Shown here: piece by piece, positions 1-12,372 of the stretch
How positions within the stretch are numbered: position 1 is the stretch's first letter
Layout: each line of letters opens with the position of its first letter
Assembly (NCBI GenBank): GCA_010015585.1
Contig: ML975154.1
Origin: Eremomyces bilateralis CBS 781.70
Taxonomy: Eukaryota
Length of the DNA: 64,000 bases
Reading direction: 5' to 3' (one strand)
Program-made: the position numbers and the translations under genes
The notes under the pieces: generated by a model
Told to the model about the DNA's origin: nothing
Seen by the model: only the letters and a program-made list of their open reading frames with translations
Database searches by the model: none

Positions 1-80
1 CTGCCATCATTAAGAAGATGATAATCAACTCTCTCGGAGCGAAGACGGCGCTTCCCAAGAGACATGGATAAGTCATCCAT
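1..80 (-). CDS. N-terminus of a putative transposase (partial, runs off window)
   Basis: ATG at 80 on minus strand gives MDDLSMSLGKRRLRSERVDYHLLNDG..., open to the edge and pointing inward from the putative TIR. Resembles N-termini of fungal hAT transposases as recalled, not searched. Confidence 0.5.
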   Translation of the reverse strand, partial: MDDLSMSLGKRRLRSERVDYHLLNDG

Positions 81-346
81 ATTAAGAAAGAAGTTGCAAC
101 ATATTGATATGCTTTGTATCTCTTAGAGCTCAAATCCTCTAGTTGGAGCATGTTGGGTAAACAAAAGTCGCGACTGCTGGGCATTCATTCATTGGCTCGG
201 CTTTTGCCGAATAAGTCTTGGCATTATTTACGAATATTCGCGAATAATACGAATAAAACGTCTCGAAATTTAGTCGAATACGAATAATCGTTCCCAGGGA
301 AAAGTCGAATACGAATAGCCAAAATCCTTATTCGTGTCCAGCCCTA
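1..346 (-). mobile_element. Terminus of a hAT-like DNA transposon (putative TIR plus subterminal repeats); element continues off the left edge
   Basis: Minus strand from 346 reads TAGGGCTGGACACGAATAAGG (TAGGG start is typical of hAT TIRs). CGAATA occurs about 8 times (208, 231, 241, 250, 275, 281, 306, 312) plus inverted copies at 235 and 329. Confidence 0.65.
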
Positions 347-568
347 GTTGCCAGGGTATATACATTTCTTCAAAACCTATCCGACAATTCTATTGAAACC
401 TTCTTCTCTTTTATTCAGCATCTTCAAGTCAAAGTTGCCTCAAGTCTTATATAAGCGTTTGTGGACGTCGTCAAAGGTTATATCTGAGCAAGGTATCACG
501 GACTCCATCAGTTGTCAATTGTATTCAATCCACGCCCTGTGGAACAGGGTCACACGCCCTTTGACACG

Positions 569-3030
569 ATGGATACAATGGAGCACTTCGAATCAATGCC
601 TCAAATGGAAAACTATTTTGATTTCCAGCAAGCCGCAATTCCTGAAGACAGTATTCTTCCCGATCCAATTGTTCAGGTCGCTGAGGTTCCTCGTTCGACC
701 AACCCTTGCCCGTCGCATCCAAACAACAAGTTCGTCTCGCCATATTCCGAACTATATTGAACTCAACTAATGGCGCTACTAGCTGTATATGCCACGGGTT
801 CTTGGACGATTTCCTTCCTGACCCGGTACTCGAACTCGAGCCAGAGACGACTGGTCTAGCAGATCAAGGTGAAGGCTTCCAGGACTTCTCCGCCTTCCTT
901 CCCCGATATTCCAAGCCAGAGGACTGTTGCGGTTACTGCCGTGAAAAAAACATGGAGTGCTTCTTCACTTACGAGGGCCAGGCCAGCTGCTCTCCCTGCA
1001 ATGCCTTGTTCCGGCCTTGTAGCTTCAATGCCCACAACGAAGGGATGGATATGCCTCAAAGGGGCCGTAATCGGAGTGTAATGGACACATTACACTTGGT
1101 GCCTGAAGATGTGTGCCAAGAAGCAGGAGCATTGACAGGAATCGTTGCCTTGAGATCTTGGAATCGAGCTGGAGTGGATGCTCAGAATGTGGACGCCCAG
1201 CCGAAGGGGAAGAATGGGATGAGGTTCTCCCGAAGTGCCCTCAAGATCTTGAAAGATTGGATGGCCGAACATCGCACTCATCCATATCCCACCGAGGAAG
1301 AGAAGGCCGAGCTAGCGGCTAGGACTGATCTTTTACCAGCTCAGATCTCTAACTGGATGGCCAACACCAGGAGAAGAACAAAAACCAAACAGCGAGGGGT
1401 TTCCCCAAGTATCAGGTCGCCGATACCACCGTCACTATCACAGTCACCAAGCTCTGCCATCAACATCCGCCCCAACGCCGATGGTATCACGCATAGTACC
1501 AAATGGGAGCGCATGAATCCCCTAGAGAGATGGAAGCACTCTCCTCCTGAGAACGAACCTGCAGCAGTTGCTGATATCGCCACCGCCGTCGCTCAGTCGT
1601 TCTACCAGCCCTTCGAAGTTGGTGAAATCGCACCTATTAGGCAGGCGCAACTCGATTCCACCTCGAATGGGTCCACCAGTCTCTCTAAACACCGTCCCCG
1701 ATCCACTACCTCTCATGGAACCGGACCCTCCTGGTCTGCCCTCTCCAGTGGCTCCCACTCTAGATCCCACGGTTCGGGGTCCGCCTACTCCTATGGCTCC
1801 CGCAACTCCTTCGGCAGCTTCGGGAGCGGCATCGCGAAGAAAGAACGCCGCCGACGCCGACGCCCCGCCACCAAGCCCCTCAAAACCAACGACGAAGATA
1901 ACCGCCCCTTCCAATGCACCTTCTGCACCGACAAATTCAAATCCAAATACGATTGGACCCGCCATGAGAAATCCCTGCACCTTTCCCTCGAGAAATGGAT
2001 TTGCGGGCCCCTCGGCGAAGTCGTCACCGATTCCGCCACCGGCGTCCACCGCTGCGTCTACTGCGACACTCTTAACCCCGACCGTGCACACCTGGACACT
2101 CACAACCACCGCGCCTGTGAAGAAAAGGGGCTAGAGTCCCGCACGTTCTACCGAAAAGACCATCTCCGTCAACACCTTCGCCTCATGCACGGCTGCAAGC
2201 TGATCCCCTCCATGGAGTCCTGGAAATCCGAAAACGGCAACGTCCGCTCCCGCTGCGGCTTCTGCGACCTGTACTTCGAATCCTGGTCCGCACGCAACGA
2301 GCACCTCTCCAAACACTTCCGCGCCGGCGCCAAGATGGTCGAGTGGAAAAGCTGCCGCGGCTTCGACTGCCATGTCGCCGCTATGGTCACCAACGCCATG
2401 CCGCCGTACCTCATCGGCAACGAGTCTATTTCTCTCAACCCCTTCAGCGCCACCACCAACCCCACCACCCAATATCACCACGCGAGCAAGGACTACATCC
2501 CGATCCACATCGACGGTGTCGCATATCCCATGGAGGGCGCCTTCCCAGAGGACTTGGGGATGCCGACTAAGTTCGCCTCCACACCCTCGGGGACCACCGG
2601 GACTGGCCACGCGTCCGGCTCGGGATCGGGCTCCTCGCCCGCCAGCGGGTTCCGAGACGCGCATCTCCAGCCTATAGCGCAGCGCGGGGTGCCGCTAGGT
2701 GCGACGTGCTGGGAGATCCTAACGATACGGCTAGGGAAGTTCGTGCGGGAGATGCAGATCGCCGATCCCGGCGTGCAGTTCACGGACAAGCTGCTGCAGA
2801 AGCAGGCGCGGTTCATCCTGTACGAGGAGGAGGATGATTGGAACCAGACGCCGGCGGACAACGAGGAGTGGTTGGAGTTGTTCAAGAAGGCGCATGGGTT
2901 GATACCGGGGACGTTTGCGCAGGAAGATTGGTTGGAGGACTTGGGAGCGGAGGCGGAGGAGCTGAGGTTTGATGGCGTATTTGACATGGAGGGGTTCGGT
3001 GACGAGGGGAATTCGTTTGCGATGTCTTAG
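569..3030 (+). CDS. TALE-type homeobox / C2H2 zinc-finger transcription factor with an N-terminal Cys6 cluster
   Basis: Exon 1 569-729; intron 730-782 (GTTCGT..ACTAAT..TAG) joins in frame to ORF 706-3030. Motifs: CGYC-x6-C-x9-CSPC-x6-C; homeodomain LKDWMAEHRTHPYPTEEEK...ISNWMANTRRR; C2H2 FQCTFCTDKFKSKYDWTRHEKSLH and further fingers. Confidence 0.9.
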
Positions 3031-4544
3031 TGAATGGAGACTGGAGAAGTACGAACGCGATTCGATGACATCGTTTCAACACCATTTCGGATGCCTCCAT
3101 CATGAGTTATGAGGCTGCATTTTCGGGGTTCGTTTCATAGCAGGGAAAACAGTCAACGTAGTTAGGAGCAAATGGACGATGGGATTTCAACATGCTTGCT
3201 ATGGATTCACTTCACAGTTCAGGGGATCTTCAAGGCACCAGTCACTGTCAGTGTCGTTGTCAGTCAGTCCTTGCATTTGCTGAAGTCGCCGCGATTGCAC
3301 TAATAACTAGAGCGGTGTCTGTTTGTAGTTGCAGTCCCGCGATGTCTGCACCAGATCGACTGCTGCAAGTATTTCTTTCTGACTATCCCCTTCTCACTTC
3401 GCGCTCAATTCCACTTACTCATCATCTTCTGTTTGACATTCCCCTGGCCTCTGAACTACAGGATTCTTCAAATCTCCTGCAATTCTGCGAAATTATAATT
3501 GACTGCAGATCTTCATTCCAGATTTATTGAACTTGTCCACATTTCTTGCTGCTCCGTTTTCAAAAGTCAATTTCTTCTTCTGCTGCATTCGGCAATCGAT
3601 GCACCGACACTCGGTGCTTCGTAGAAACTGGAAATTCATTCTCTAGTATTGTAGAAAATATTCGACCAGCGGAAATCTTTCTGGCACTCCGTATAAACCC
3701 CCGACATCATGGCGGCTTTGCTGCAGCTCATAAGCTCATTCCCTTCTCTACGATTAGACGCGCCGGCATTTCAACTTGCTGATTCACACAGTCGCCGCTC
3801 GCCACGCGGATCGTTGCACCAATCTTGTCTGCTCGGCAGGATATTCGCAAGAGGTGTGCCACTGTTGCCACTGTTGCCATAGTGTGGTCCGTTCACGTAC
3901 TTTACTACTTTTCCGCCTTGCGCCATCCTGGCTGTCACAATATGCCAGTCGGAATAATGCCTTTGTAGAGAGTGTTCGCCTTTTCCGATTTATATATCAA
4001 TATGTCCAAGACTTCAAAGACGGGTGCCGTGATTTAGGTGTTGAGGAGCCGTGAAAACCCTTGAATTTTGCGATGCGTAGTCTTGTCATTTTATACTGCT
4101 AGATTTGGCGATTCGCTGACCAGCAACATCGACATGGAGAAGGAGTTGGGTGTACAGCAGGTCGTCAGCACCTGAGTTGATGATGGAAACCTGGACAATC
4201 CGAACGAGTGTAGGTGCCTTGGCGACCAACTGGAAGCCTGGAAGAGAATATCTTACCGTGTTGGAATTTTTTGCTTGTGCACTTGCAACAGCGTCCGATG
4301 CGATAAGTGCCCACTGAAAGCCATGTTTCTTGAGGAAACGGACGCCGATCAACAACATGTTGAGTCTGTCATTCCGATCCTCTTCGGATGTTTGATACCC
4401 CGACAATGATAGGAGGCTTTCCGTGAGACAAATAAGTTCCAATCTAGCTGCTCTAGTCAATTACGAGGCCTGCACTACGAGAGCAGTGCCCCTGGTCATC
4501 TGCACAACTGACTCTGTCCCCGGGTACTTCCGAAGGCCAGTTCA

Positions 4545-5475
4545 TCACTTCCAGAAGATGAACGAGAATAGTAGCTTTGTTAAGCTCCTCATGGCAACCG
4601 ATCTTCCTGAACCTAGGATGGTGGATGGTTCGCGAGTGACCAGAAACTGGTGTGGGTACTGGGACCGGTCCTCATTGCATGCCCATTCCAAGAGTGCGCC
4701 GAAGTTTGGGTCCTCTAATCCAGATCCGCAGCCAACAAACAAAATAGTGTGGGTGTTCCAGAGCGTCCTCAGCACGGTCTTAATCTCTGAGCATTGGACC
4801 TTCTCGTAGTCCGTGGCGTCCAATATGATATCCGAAGGGTCGTGGTAGCTGCCGTGTACATGAAGAATTCCCCGCAGATCTCGACTTTGGAACTTCAGGA
4901 GGTCGTCGTGATGCGACCGGCTGATGCGTCGCAATCTGCAGTAGCCTTCTTCAAAAAGATTATCATAGTTGGTTGTGAGAAGCATCGCTCCTCTGTCGTG
5001 GAGAGATTTCAGCACATCTAACACGGCAGGATACCTCACTTCCTTGGAAAGATCTCCAAATACAGCCTTTAGCCAAGTAGGCCATTGATGAGCCTGGTCC
5101 AGGAAAAGCTTGAGTATGCGTGCTGCTTCTAACAGATCCTCGGGATGGGAATCAAGTATTTTGCGTGCATAACTTAGCCTGTGGTGGTTCCTGTCAATTT
5201 GGCCATCTGTGACAACATAGTTCAGACCATGTCGTATCAAGCCGAGCCAGGACAACTGAGCAAGTGTTTCTCCAGACTGAGTTGCTGTTGCGCTCAGTGT
5301 CACCCCCGCGCCAATGACGATTACTAGCCGTTTGACCTCCAAAGCCGTTCTGATCTGGGCAAGGCGTTCGTTATTGATTCTCGTAGCTTCGACGAGGGTT
5401 TGAGTCTTCATGAGAACATGTTAGTGGTGTATTCTTAGCTAACCCGGTCAGACTTGCTGAGGTTGCTCCGCTCAT
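4545..5475 (-). CDS. SIR2-like (SIR2_2 type, non-canonical sirtuin/NADase fold) domain protein; 3' end uncertain, may extend to about 4086
   Basis: Motifs VIVIGAGVT, SWLGLI, LLTTNYD, HVHGS, ILFVGCGSGLEDPNF; no sirtuin zinc ribbon. Probable first exon MSGATS (5475-5458) with GC-AG intron 5457-5406; alternative ATG at 5411. ORF 4086-4460 is in the same frame. Confidence 0.8.
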
Positions 5476-7950
5476 ACTTCAAGTTTGAAATTGGTGGAGT
5501 CGGCCCGATGCCTACGAGACGGAATCCATAGGATACAAAGGAAAGTATACTAAGAGACTACTCAGTCCAGTCCGAATAGGCCTTCACAGGAGGTAAAGAG
5601 AATAACATGACCAGTATAACACCTGAGGCATGCGAGATTGCAGAGATTCGAAGATGAGGAAATGGTTTAGCAGAGAGGTGTCGCGTTCACAGACAACTGT
5701 ATTTGCTGGCGTGCCATTGGCCATTCTGTGTGGCGGTGCTCCATCAAGGCGGAATGGACAGTTGATATTGTAAAAATTTCAGTCAGACACGAACGCCAAA
5801 TGCTCAACAGTCAAACCCTTCCAGAGACGAGTTACATAAGGTTAAGGCCTAATCCGAGTCGATATCGAGCTGGAACATAAGTAAGAGCAAGCACGACGAT
5901 ATAGCGACAGCTCCACGGCGGTAGCCATGGGGTATCATCGTGGCGACCTATTTTTAACTGTGGCGTCAATGTGGGCAGAGAGAGAAGAGACATAATTACA
6001 TACTCTCTCTCTCTCTCCAACGTAGGATGAAGCAGAGCAGAGGACGACCGGTCATGACGCTAATGGACGCTAGGAACGCCACTATGCACAGACCAGGAAA
6101 AGACTTTTGAAAGGCACCTCCGTACGGGCTGGTGAGATTTATCCACCAGTTTTTGAGATTTATGCATCAATGGATGCATCAGGCCTTGATGCCTGACCTT
6201 CCATGTTTATGCCTCAGGCATATATGCGTGATGGTAGGGTGACCACATGCACTCGTGCCACTCCATTCTGCATCTAGTCATTCTTCGTAGCCATGCTAGT
6301 AATCACCATTTTCTTCAAACAACAAACCAAGACTACAAACGTCTAACACTGGTCCAGAAATATCCTATGAAGAGATGTCATTCCCTCAAGGTAGTCTAGC
6401 GCTTGATAGGCTATTTGGTTCTCATCTAAAGGGTATATAAACGAGGTATATTCTCTCATCACGATGGTGAGAAGTCCCTTTCCTTCCACAAATGTTGCCG
6501 ATAAGATTATGTAGCTCTCAGCAATTTTTCTTGTTGCTCTAGCCCTTCATGTCCTCTCTATGGAGTCGTATCTTTGCGATAGAGATGGCGTCCCCATAGT
6601 CCCTATCAATGCTAATATCGCTGCCGGCATTGATGCAACAAGATTCTTTGTGCCTGTCACAGTGCTAATCAGGGGCATCTTCATGGTCACAGTCTATATT
6701 GACTAGCTAGTATCAGACCGAACGAAATATAAAGAAGGAAAGGAAGAAGAGAAAGAGGAGAGAATAACTCCTGCATAGTATTCGATTCACTTGTGTAACC
6801 TCGCGTGTGCTGTCAGCTATCACACAATACAAACAAATGCGGATACTTTCACCCAGCACTCGCTTCGCTGAAAATACGGTATGTATGAGTGTGGCCCTCG
6901 CTCGTCTTCTTTCCCCAAATGCCGTACCCAGGAAGTCCATGCATGGATTGAGTCAAATGAGATGCTGGAAATTTACCTACGAAATCGGGCGCTGCGGGCG
7001 CTGTCCGCGTTTCGAATGAGTCGAGCAGATAGCCAGGTACTTTTCGTTGATGGACAGCTTGACATTTGTTTTTCTAACGGTATGCCGATCCATGCTATGT
7101 TTATGAGAGAAGCCGGGCACCAGCAACGGGTAACCTTCCCCGAAGTTGGTCATGACTCGAATGCAAAATGCTTTCTGAGTCTCTGGCTGCATGCCTAATT
7201 TCTTTTTCTTTCATCCCTGTTCGCTGGTCCTTGCTTGTTCACTTTGTTGGCAGTTGGATAGTGATGATCAGCGATGAATTTGAAAACGGAAACTCGTCCG
7301 TGTTAGACTTGGAGCCGTCAGTGAGTCAGTCATCAGTGGCTCTAACGGCCCTGACTAGAAGAGGATCTACCCGAATCCTGCAGTCCCATGTTACCCATCC
7401 ACATCCAATGCGGAGTGGCGAATGGCGACACGAAGCTCGACAAGCGAGCAGATAGCGAAACAGGAGAGACGCAGAGTTAACCCCCTCTTCCAGGGTGCGG
7501 GTACTCGGACTCGAACCTGGACAGATCAACACTCTTAGTCTTGCGCCGTCTAATAGGACAACAGAAACCGACCCGACTCCTCGGGTCGGGGCGGGGCGGA
7601 TGCGGGAACGACGCTGATGCAGTGATAGTCAGAGTCCAGACTGAAATTGAGGAGAACAGTAAATTGGCTACTCAAGACACACTGCTAGGATTCTGGGTTA
7701 GAGAATATCCATTATCCCAATCTCAATTCTGGCTTTGCTGGGACTTGGGAGCCTGGGAGGTGGGAACCTAATACTGACTCCACAATCCACCGAGCGTCAA
7801 GCTCATATTCGAAGCTTGAGCCTCAAAACTGGCAGAGTCGAACAATTCTCCGATCCAATCTATGTAGCAGGCCCTTCATATCATGGTAACGAACGCTGTT
7901 TGAGCATTTGGACATCATCGATACCTTCTAACCACGCTGAGCAGTGCACA

Positions 7951-9639
7951 ATGAATCTCCTCTCCATTCTCTACGCTTGTATCTTCTTTATTGGCAGCTC
8001 AGTGGCCCAAGTCAACCTTCTGGACCAACTTCCGGCATGCGCGGTATGATGTTCAACAGTTCCGGGTTGGTCAATTCACTGAACTTCAATTTTTAGGTTC
8101 AATGTTTCGAACAAACTGCCCCGTTATCACTATGTGCTCCGAGCAACATTTCTTGCTTGTGTGAGGATAAACAGTTTATGGAAGCCGCTGCGGGCTGTCA
8201 AGCTCAGGGTTGTACTGTCAAAGAGACGCTGAGTACGTCACTCTCCTCGGCCACTGAACCCAACTGCCAGAAGACAAGGACCATGAGCTTACTTTGGAAA
8301 CTTAGCATCCACCAGAGCCACAATGGCTGCGTGTGGTGTTAAGCCGAGAGATCAATCCGATATCGTCATCGCAATTCCGGCGTCATTTGGTAGCGTGGCA
8401 ATCCTAATGATTCTCGTCCGACTTGTCGACCGCCTTTGGGTTCGCAAGATATCACTGGGGTGGGACGATCATCTTGTTGTGATAGCCATGGTAAGGGATG
8501 AAAACTTCCCCTTCTCTATTGGACTGGGCTAACGGTCATCTCCTCTCTCTAGATTCTCGCGTTGCCTTTGAATGGACTCTGCTTTCCCAGTGAGTTTAGT
8601 CCTAACAGAAGAGTGAAAATTATCTAACAGCGTCCCAGTGGCCCGTGGTCTGGGTAAAGAATTATGGGCGATAGAATTTGGTACGCTCCGCAAGACGTTT
8701 CAGGTAAGTAGTCGCTCACTGAGGACAGGGGACTGTTCTATTCTAACCGACATCTCCCAGTACCTCCTCTTCGCCGAGATATTCTATGTGTCTTCCGAGA
8801 TGTTCGTTCAGTTATCCTTTTTGGCCTTCTACCTTCGCGTTTTCAAGATCCCGGTGTACCGGAAAGTGACCTACGGGCTAATGGTGCTGGTGATATGTTT
8901 CGGTGTCACCAATACCTTTGCTATGATATTTCAGTGCACTCCGATCTCGTTCTTTTGGGAAAGCTGGGCAGCGGAGACAACAGGAACGTGTATCGACATC
9001 AATATCTATGCTTGGTTTCGCTCTGGCACCGAAATCGGTATTGATGTCGCTATTTTATCGGTACCTATTCCACAATTGCTCGAGTTGCAGATGAGTTGGA
9101 AGAAAAAGATCCAGGTCCTTAGCGTCTTCAGCGTTGGTTTCCTGTAAGTTTTCAGGTTTTTCTAACCTTCTTTCACCCAGACACGATGGGACCAAAGGAC
9201 TTTCGGGATATGCTGACCATGTTTCATAGTATCACACTTGTTAGTATCTTGCGGCTACAAGCACTTATCCAATTCTCCAAAACCACCAATCCTACCTGTG
9301 AGTTGCCATATTTTCAAATAACCTCTCAGTATCAGCAGTGACTAACGCGACCTATTATCAGACGACAATGCGCCAGCTATATATTGGAGCATCCTCGAGA
9401 CCGATATGTTCATCATCTGTGCTAACATGCCTGCGATGCGTAGTTTCCTCAGTGCCGTCCGGCCGAGCTGGTTCAGTAGTACGGAAAATAGTAACCCTCC
9501 TAGATCAACAGGATACCTGAGCCACGATAAACTCGGATCTCATGGGCAATATCGGCGCCAGCCATCCGACGGACATCAATCGGATGTCGAGTTGGTGGGA
9601 TCGCTGTCAGAGGGCAACACCAGCAAGGTTTATGTGTAG
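7951..9639 (+). CDS. CFEM-domain PTH11-like integral membrane receptor (multi-exon)
   Basis: Signal peptide MNLLSILYACIFFIGSSVAQ; Cys-rich CFEM (LPACA..C..C..CLC..C..C..C); TM region with LGWDDHL, FQCTPISFFW, CIDIN, IDVAILSVPIPQLLELQMSWKKK, IICANMPAMR; several GT-AG introns. Confidence 0.9.
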
Positions 9640-10398
9640 GTGAGGGTGAAATGATCCAAAGAGACTGTTGGGGCGGCTTTCAGGTGTATCGGAGCGCTGT
9701 TCTACTTCATTAAGTTCAAAAAGTGTGCATCTCACGACATATTATTGAAAATAGAATGTACGGTGATCTGGATCACCTGAAACCTGCGTATCTGGTAGGA
9801 GAGACTAGACAGTCGATATTGCCCCCTTCTCAATGTTTTTTGTTAACCCCTTCCCAAAATACAATGGCCTAGAGATAATTTGGGGCTTTATCCAAGTGGA
9901 AGACGAGATTTGCTATTGTTGAATCCTGCACATTACATTTCCCCTAATGTACTCCGTACTGTCGCTAGCACTGCCGTCGCGAGTCAAAAAATGAGCAGAA
10001 TGTGTCTTGGACACTGTCCCCGAGCGGACACCCAACGAGTCAGTCGCCACCGCACTAACATTAGCCCATCTTATTGGGTGATTCTTACTCGTCTGAGTCG
10101 ACTTCAAAGTCCTGCACTCCTGCGTAAATGCGTTTTATCTGTGTGGCTGTCAGTCCCTGTCGCCCCCAGTTGCTCGGACTTTCTCCTGCACTGTGTCTAG
10201 CGAGCCCCGCTGTCGATTTATGGATAATTAGGGGGGGCCGCAAATCGCAATTCGGAACGATCAGCGATGCTCGAGACCATGCCGAGTAATTGTTGATAAA
10301 TTGAGATGCTTTTCCTGCTTTGACCTTTCTACATTCGAGGTTCGAAATTGTTGGAGATTTCCCTTGGAAATCTACCATTATTTTGAATTGCCAACATT

Positions 10399-12372
10399 AT
10401 GGCTTCCTCATGGATTATCCCCGGCATTGTCTTTGTCTTCACCACTTTGTATTATTGGTTTCGAAGGATAAATGTCGCCGGTCGCGCTCGACTACCACCA
10501 GGTCCCAAAGGCCTCCCTCTTGTTGGGAACCTGAATGATTTGCCAAAGCAGGGTGTGCTGGAAGCTCACCATTGGCTCAAGCATAAAAAGCAATATGGTT
10601 CGTGTAACTCGCCGACAACGTCTTGTAACCGGAGTCGTGAAATTATACTAAGCAATATGCTGGTGGTCTTTGATAGGCCCGATTAGCTCAGTAACTGTGA
10701 TGGGTCAAACCATCGTCATCATTAACGATTCGCGACTTGCATTTGAGGTCATGGAGAAACGGTCGGCCATCCATTCATCCAGACCTAAGCAACTCTTCGC
10801 TGGGGAAATGTGTGTCGAATTGCTCTCTACGATAATTTTCATCTGAGGATAACAAAATACTAACGTCCTGGGCTCTGTCATAGGGTGGGCTGGGAGAGCA
10901 CACTTGGCTTCTCCCCGTATAATAATCGGTTCCGGACTTACCGCAGGAATTTCGCCCGAATTATTGGCTCCAAGCCGTTAGCTGCACAATTCAACGACTT
11001 GCAAGAGGCGGAAGTCGGCCACTTCTTACTGCATGTACTTGACAAGCCAGAGGAGTTGGTTGATCATATAAAAAGGTCCCCCCCAACTTTCTCGCCTGTG
11101 TAAGCATGCTGGAAATTTGCCACTAACTCGTGCTGGTTTAGGGAGGCGGGTGCAATCATCTTGAAGATTTCCTATGACTATACGGCCGAATCGCATAAGA
11201 GGGACCCCCTCATCGATAATATTGGTGATGCCATGGACAAGTTCACTCAGGCTGCAGTACCGGGCGCCTTCATGGTTGACCTGATTCCTTTCTGTAAGTG
11301 ACCACTAGGCCTCTGTGCTGCCTTTGCTGAATAAATAAAGTGAGACATCTCCCAGACTGGGTGCCAGGTACTGGTTGGAAGAAGACAGCGCGTGAATGGA
11401 AAGCGCAACTCATGGACGTGACGGATAGGCCATATGCGTTTGTCAAACACAGGATGGCTCAAGGGAAGACCGAGCCGTCCTTTCTTTCAAAGCTGCTGGA
11501 GAAGAGCGACTCAGACCCGGAAGAGAAATTTACCAACAAGTTTTCGGCTTTTTCCTTATACGGGGCAGGCGCAGACACAGTGAGTCTCTTTTCCGTTGTT
11601 CGCCCTAAATTTCATGGTTAACGGGGTTCTGGTTACTTTAGACGGTGTCTGGACTGGCGTTCTTCTTCTTAGCGATGGCTCTCTTCCCCGACGCCCAAAG
11701 GAAGGCTCAAGCCGAGATCGATCGGGTCATCGGACCAGACAGACTCCCTACCGCCGAAGATCGAGAGAACCTACCATATATCGCTGCCACTGTGAAAGAG
11801 GTCCTACGCTGGAATCCCGTTGCGCCAATGGGTCTTCCGCATGGGACCACAGAGGACGACCTCTGCGAGGGCTACCTCATTCCTAAAGGGGCTATGGTTT
11901 TTGCAAACGTTTGGCGAGTAAAACCGCTTTTCCTTCAAAGGTGTTGCTGCGGAATTCGATCTAACGATTAAGTAGGCATTTTACGCATGATCCCAATGTC
12001 TATCATGACCCTATGACTTTTAAACCCGAACGATTCCTGCCGGTTGATGGCCATATGCCCGAGCCCGACCCGGCTATGTATGCATTCGGATTTGGACGAC
12101 GGATTTGCCCAGGCCGGATTCTCGCCGACAATACCCTGTATCTCAGCATTGCGCAGTCTCTGGCTGTGTTTAGCATCACCAAACCGGTTGAGAACGGGAA
12201 AGAAATTGAACCCGTCGTTAAACCTTTGCCTGGTGTGATCAGCCATCCGGCGCCTTTCCAGTGCACGATCAAGCCACGATCAAACCACCACGAGTCTTTG
12301 ATTCGTTCCATCGAGAAGACTCATCCATGGCAGGAAAGCGATGGTCCTGTTCTGGAGAGTATGTGCTATTAG
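10399..12372 (+). CDS. Cytochrome P450 monooxygenase (OrdA-like / CYP64-clan appearance), multi-exon
   Basis: N-terminal TM anchor followed by LPPGPKGLPLVGN; I-helix YGAGADT; EVLRW (ExxR); FKPERF; heme motif FGFGRRICPG. Six introns, the last GC-AG (11914-11975). Confidence 0.95.

Noticed and set aside
208..334. CGAATA array as a CRISPR-like repeat
   Set aside because: Units are 6 bp with irregular short spacing in a eukaryotic context; better explained as transposon subterminal repeats.
6003..6018. Short CT microsatellite (also TA run near 32848)
   Set aside because: Ordinary short simple repeats.
6240..7200. Possible transposon or gene relic with many stop codons
   Set aside because: No terminal repeats or recognisable protein motif could be established by eye.
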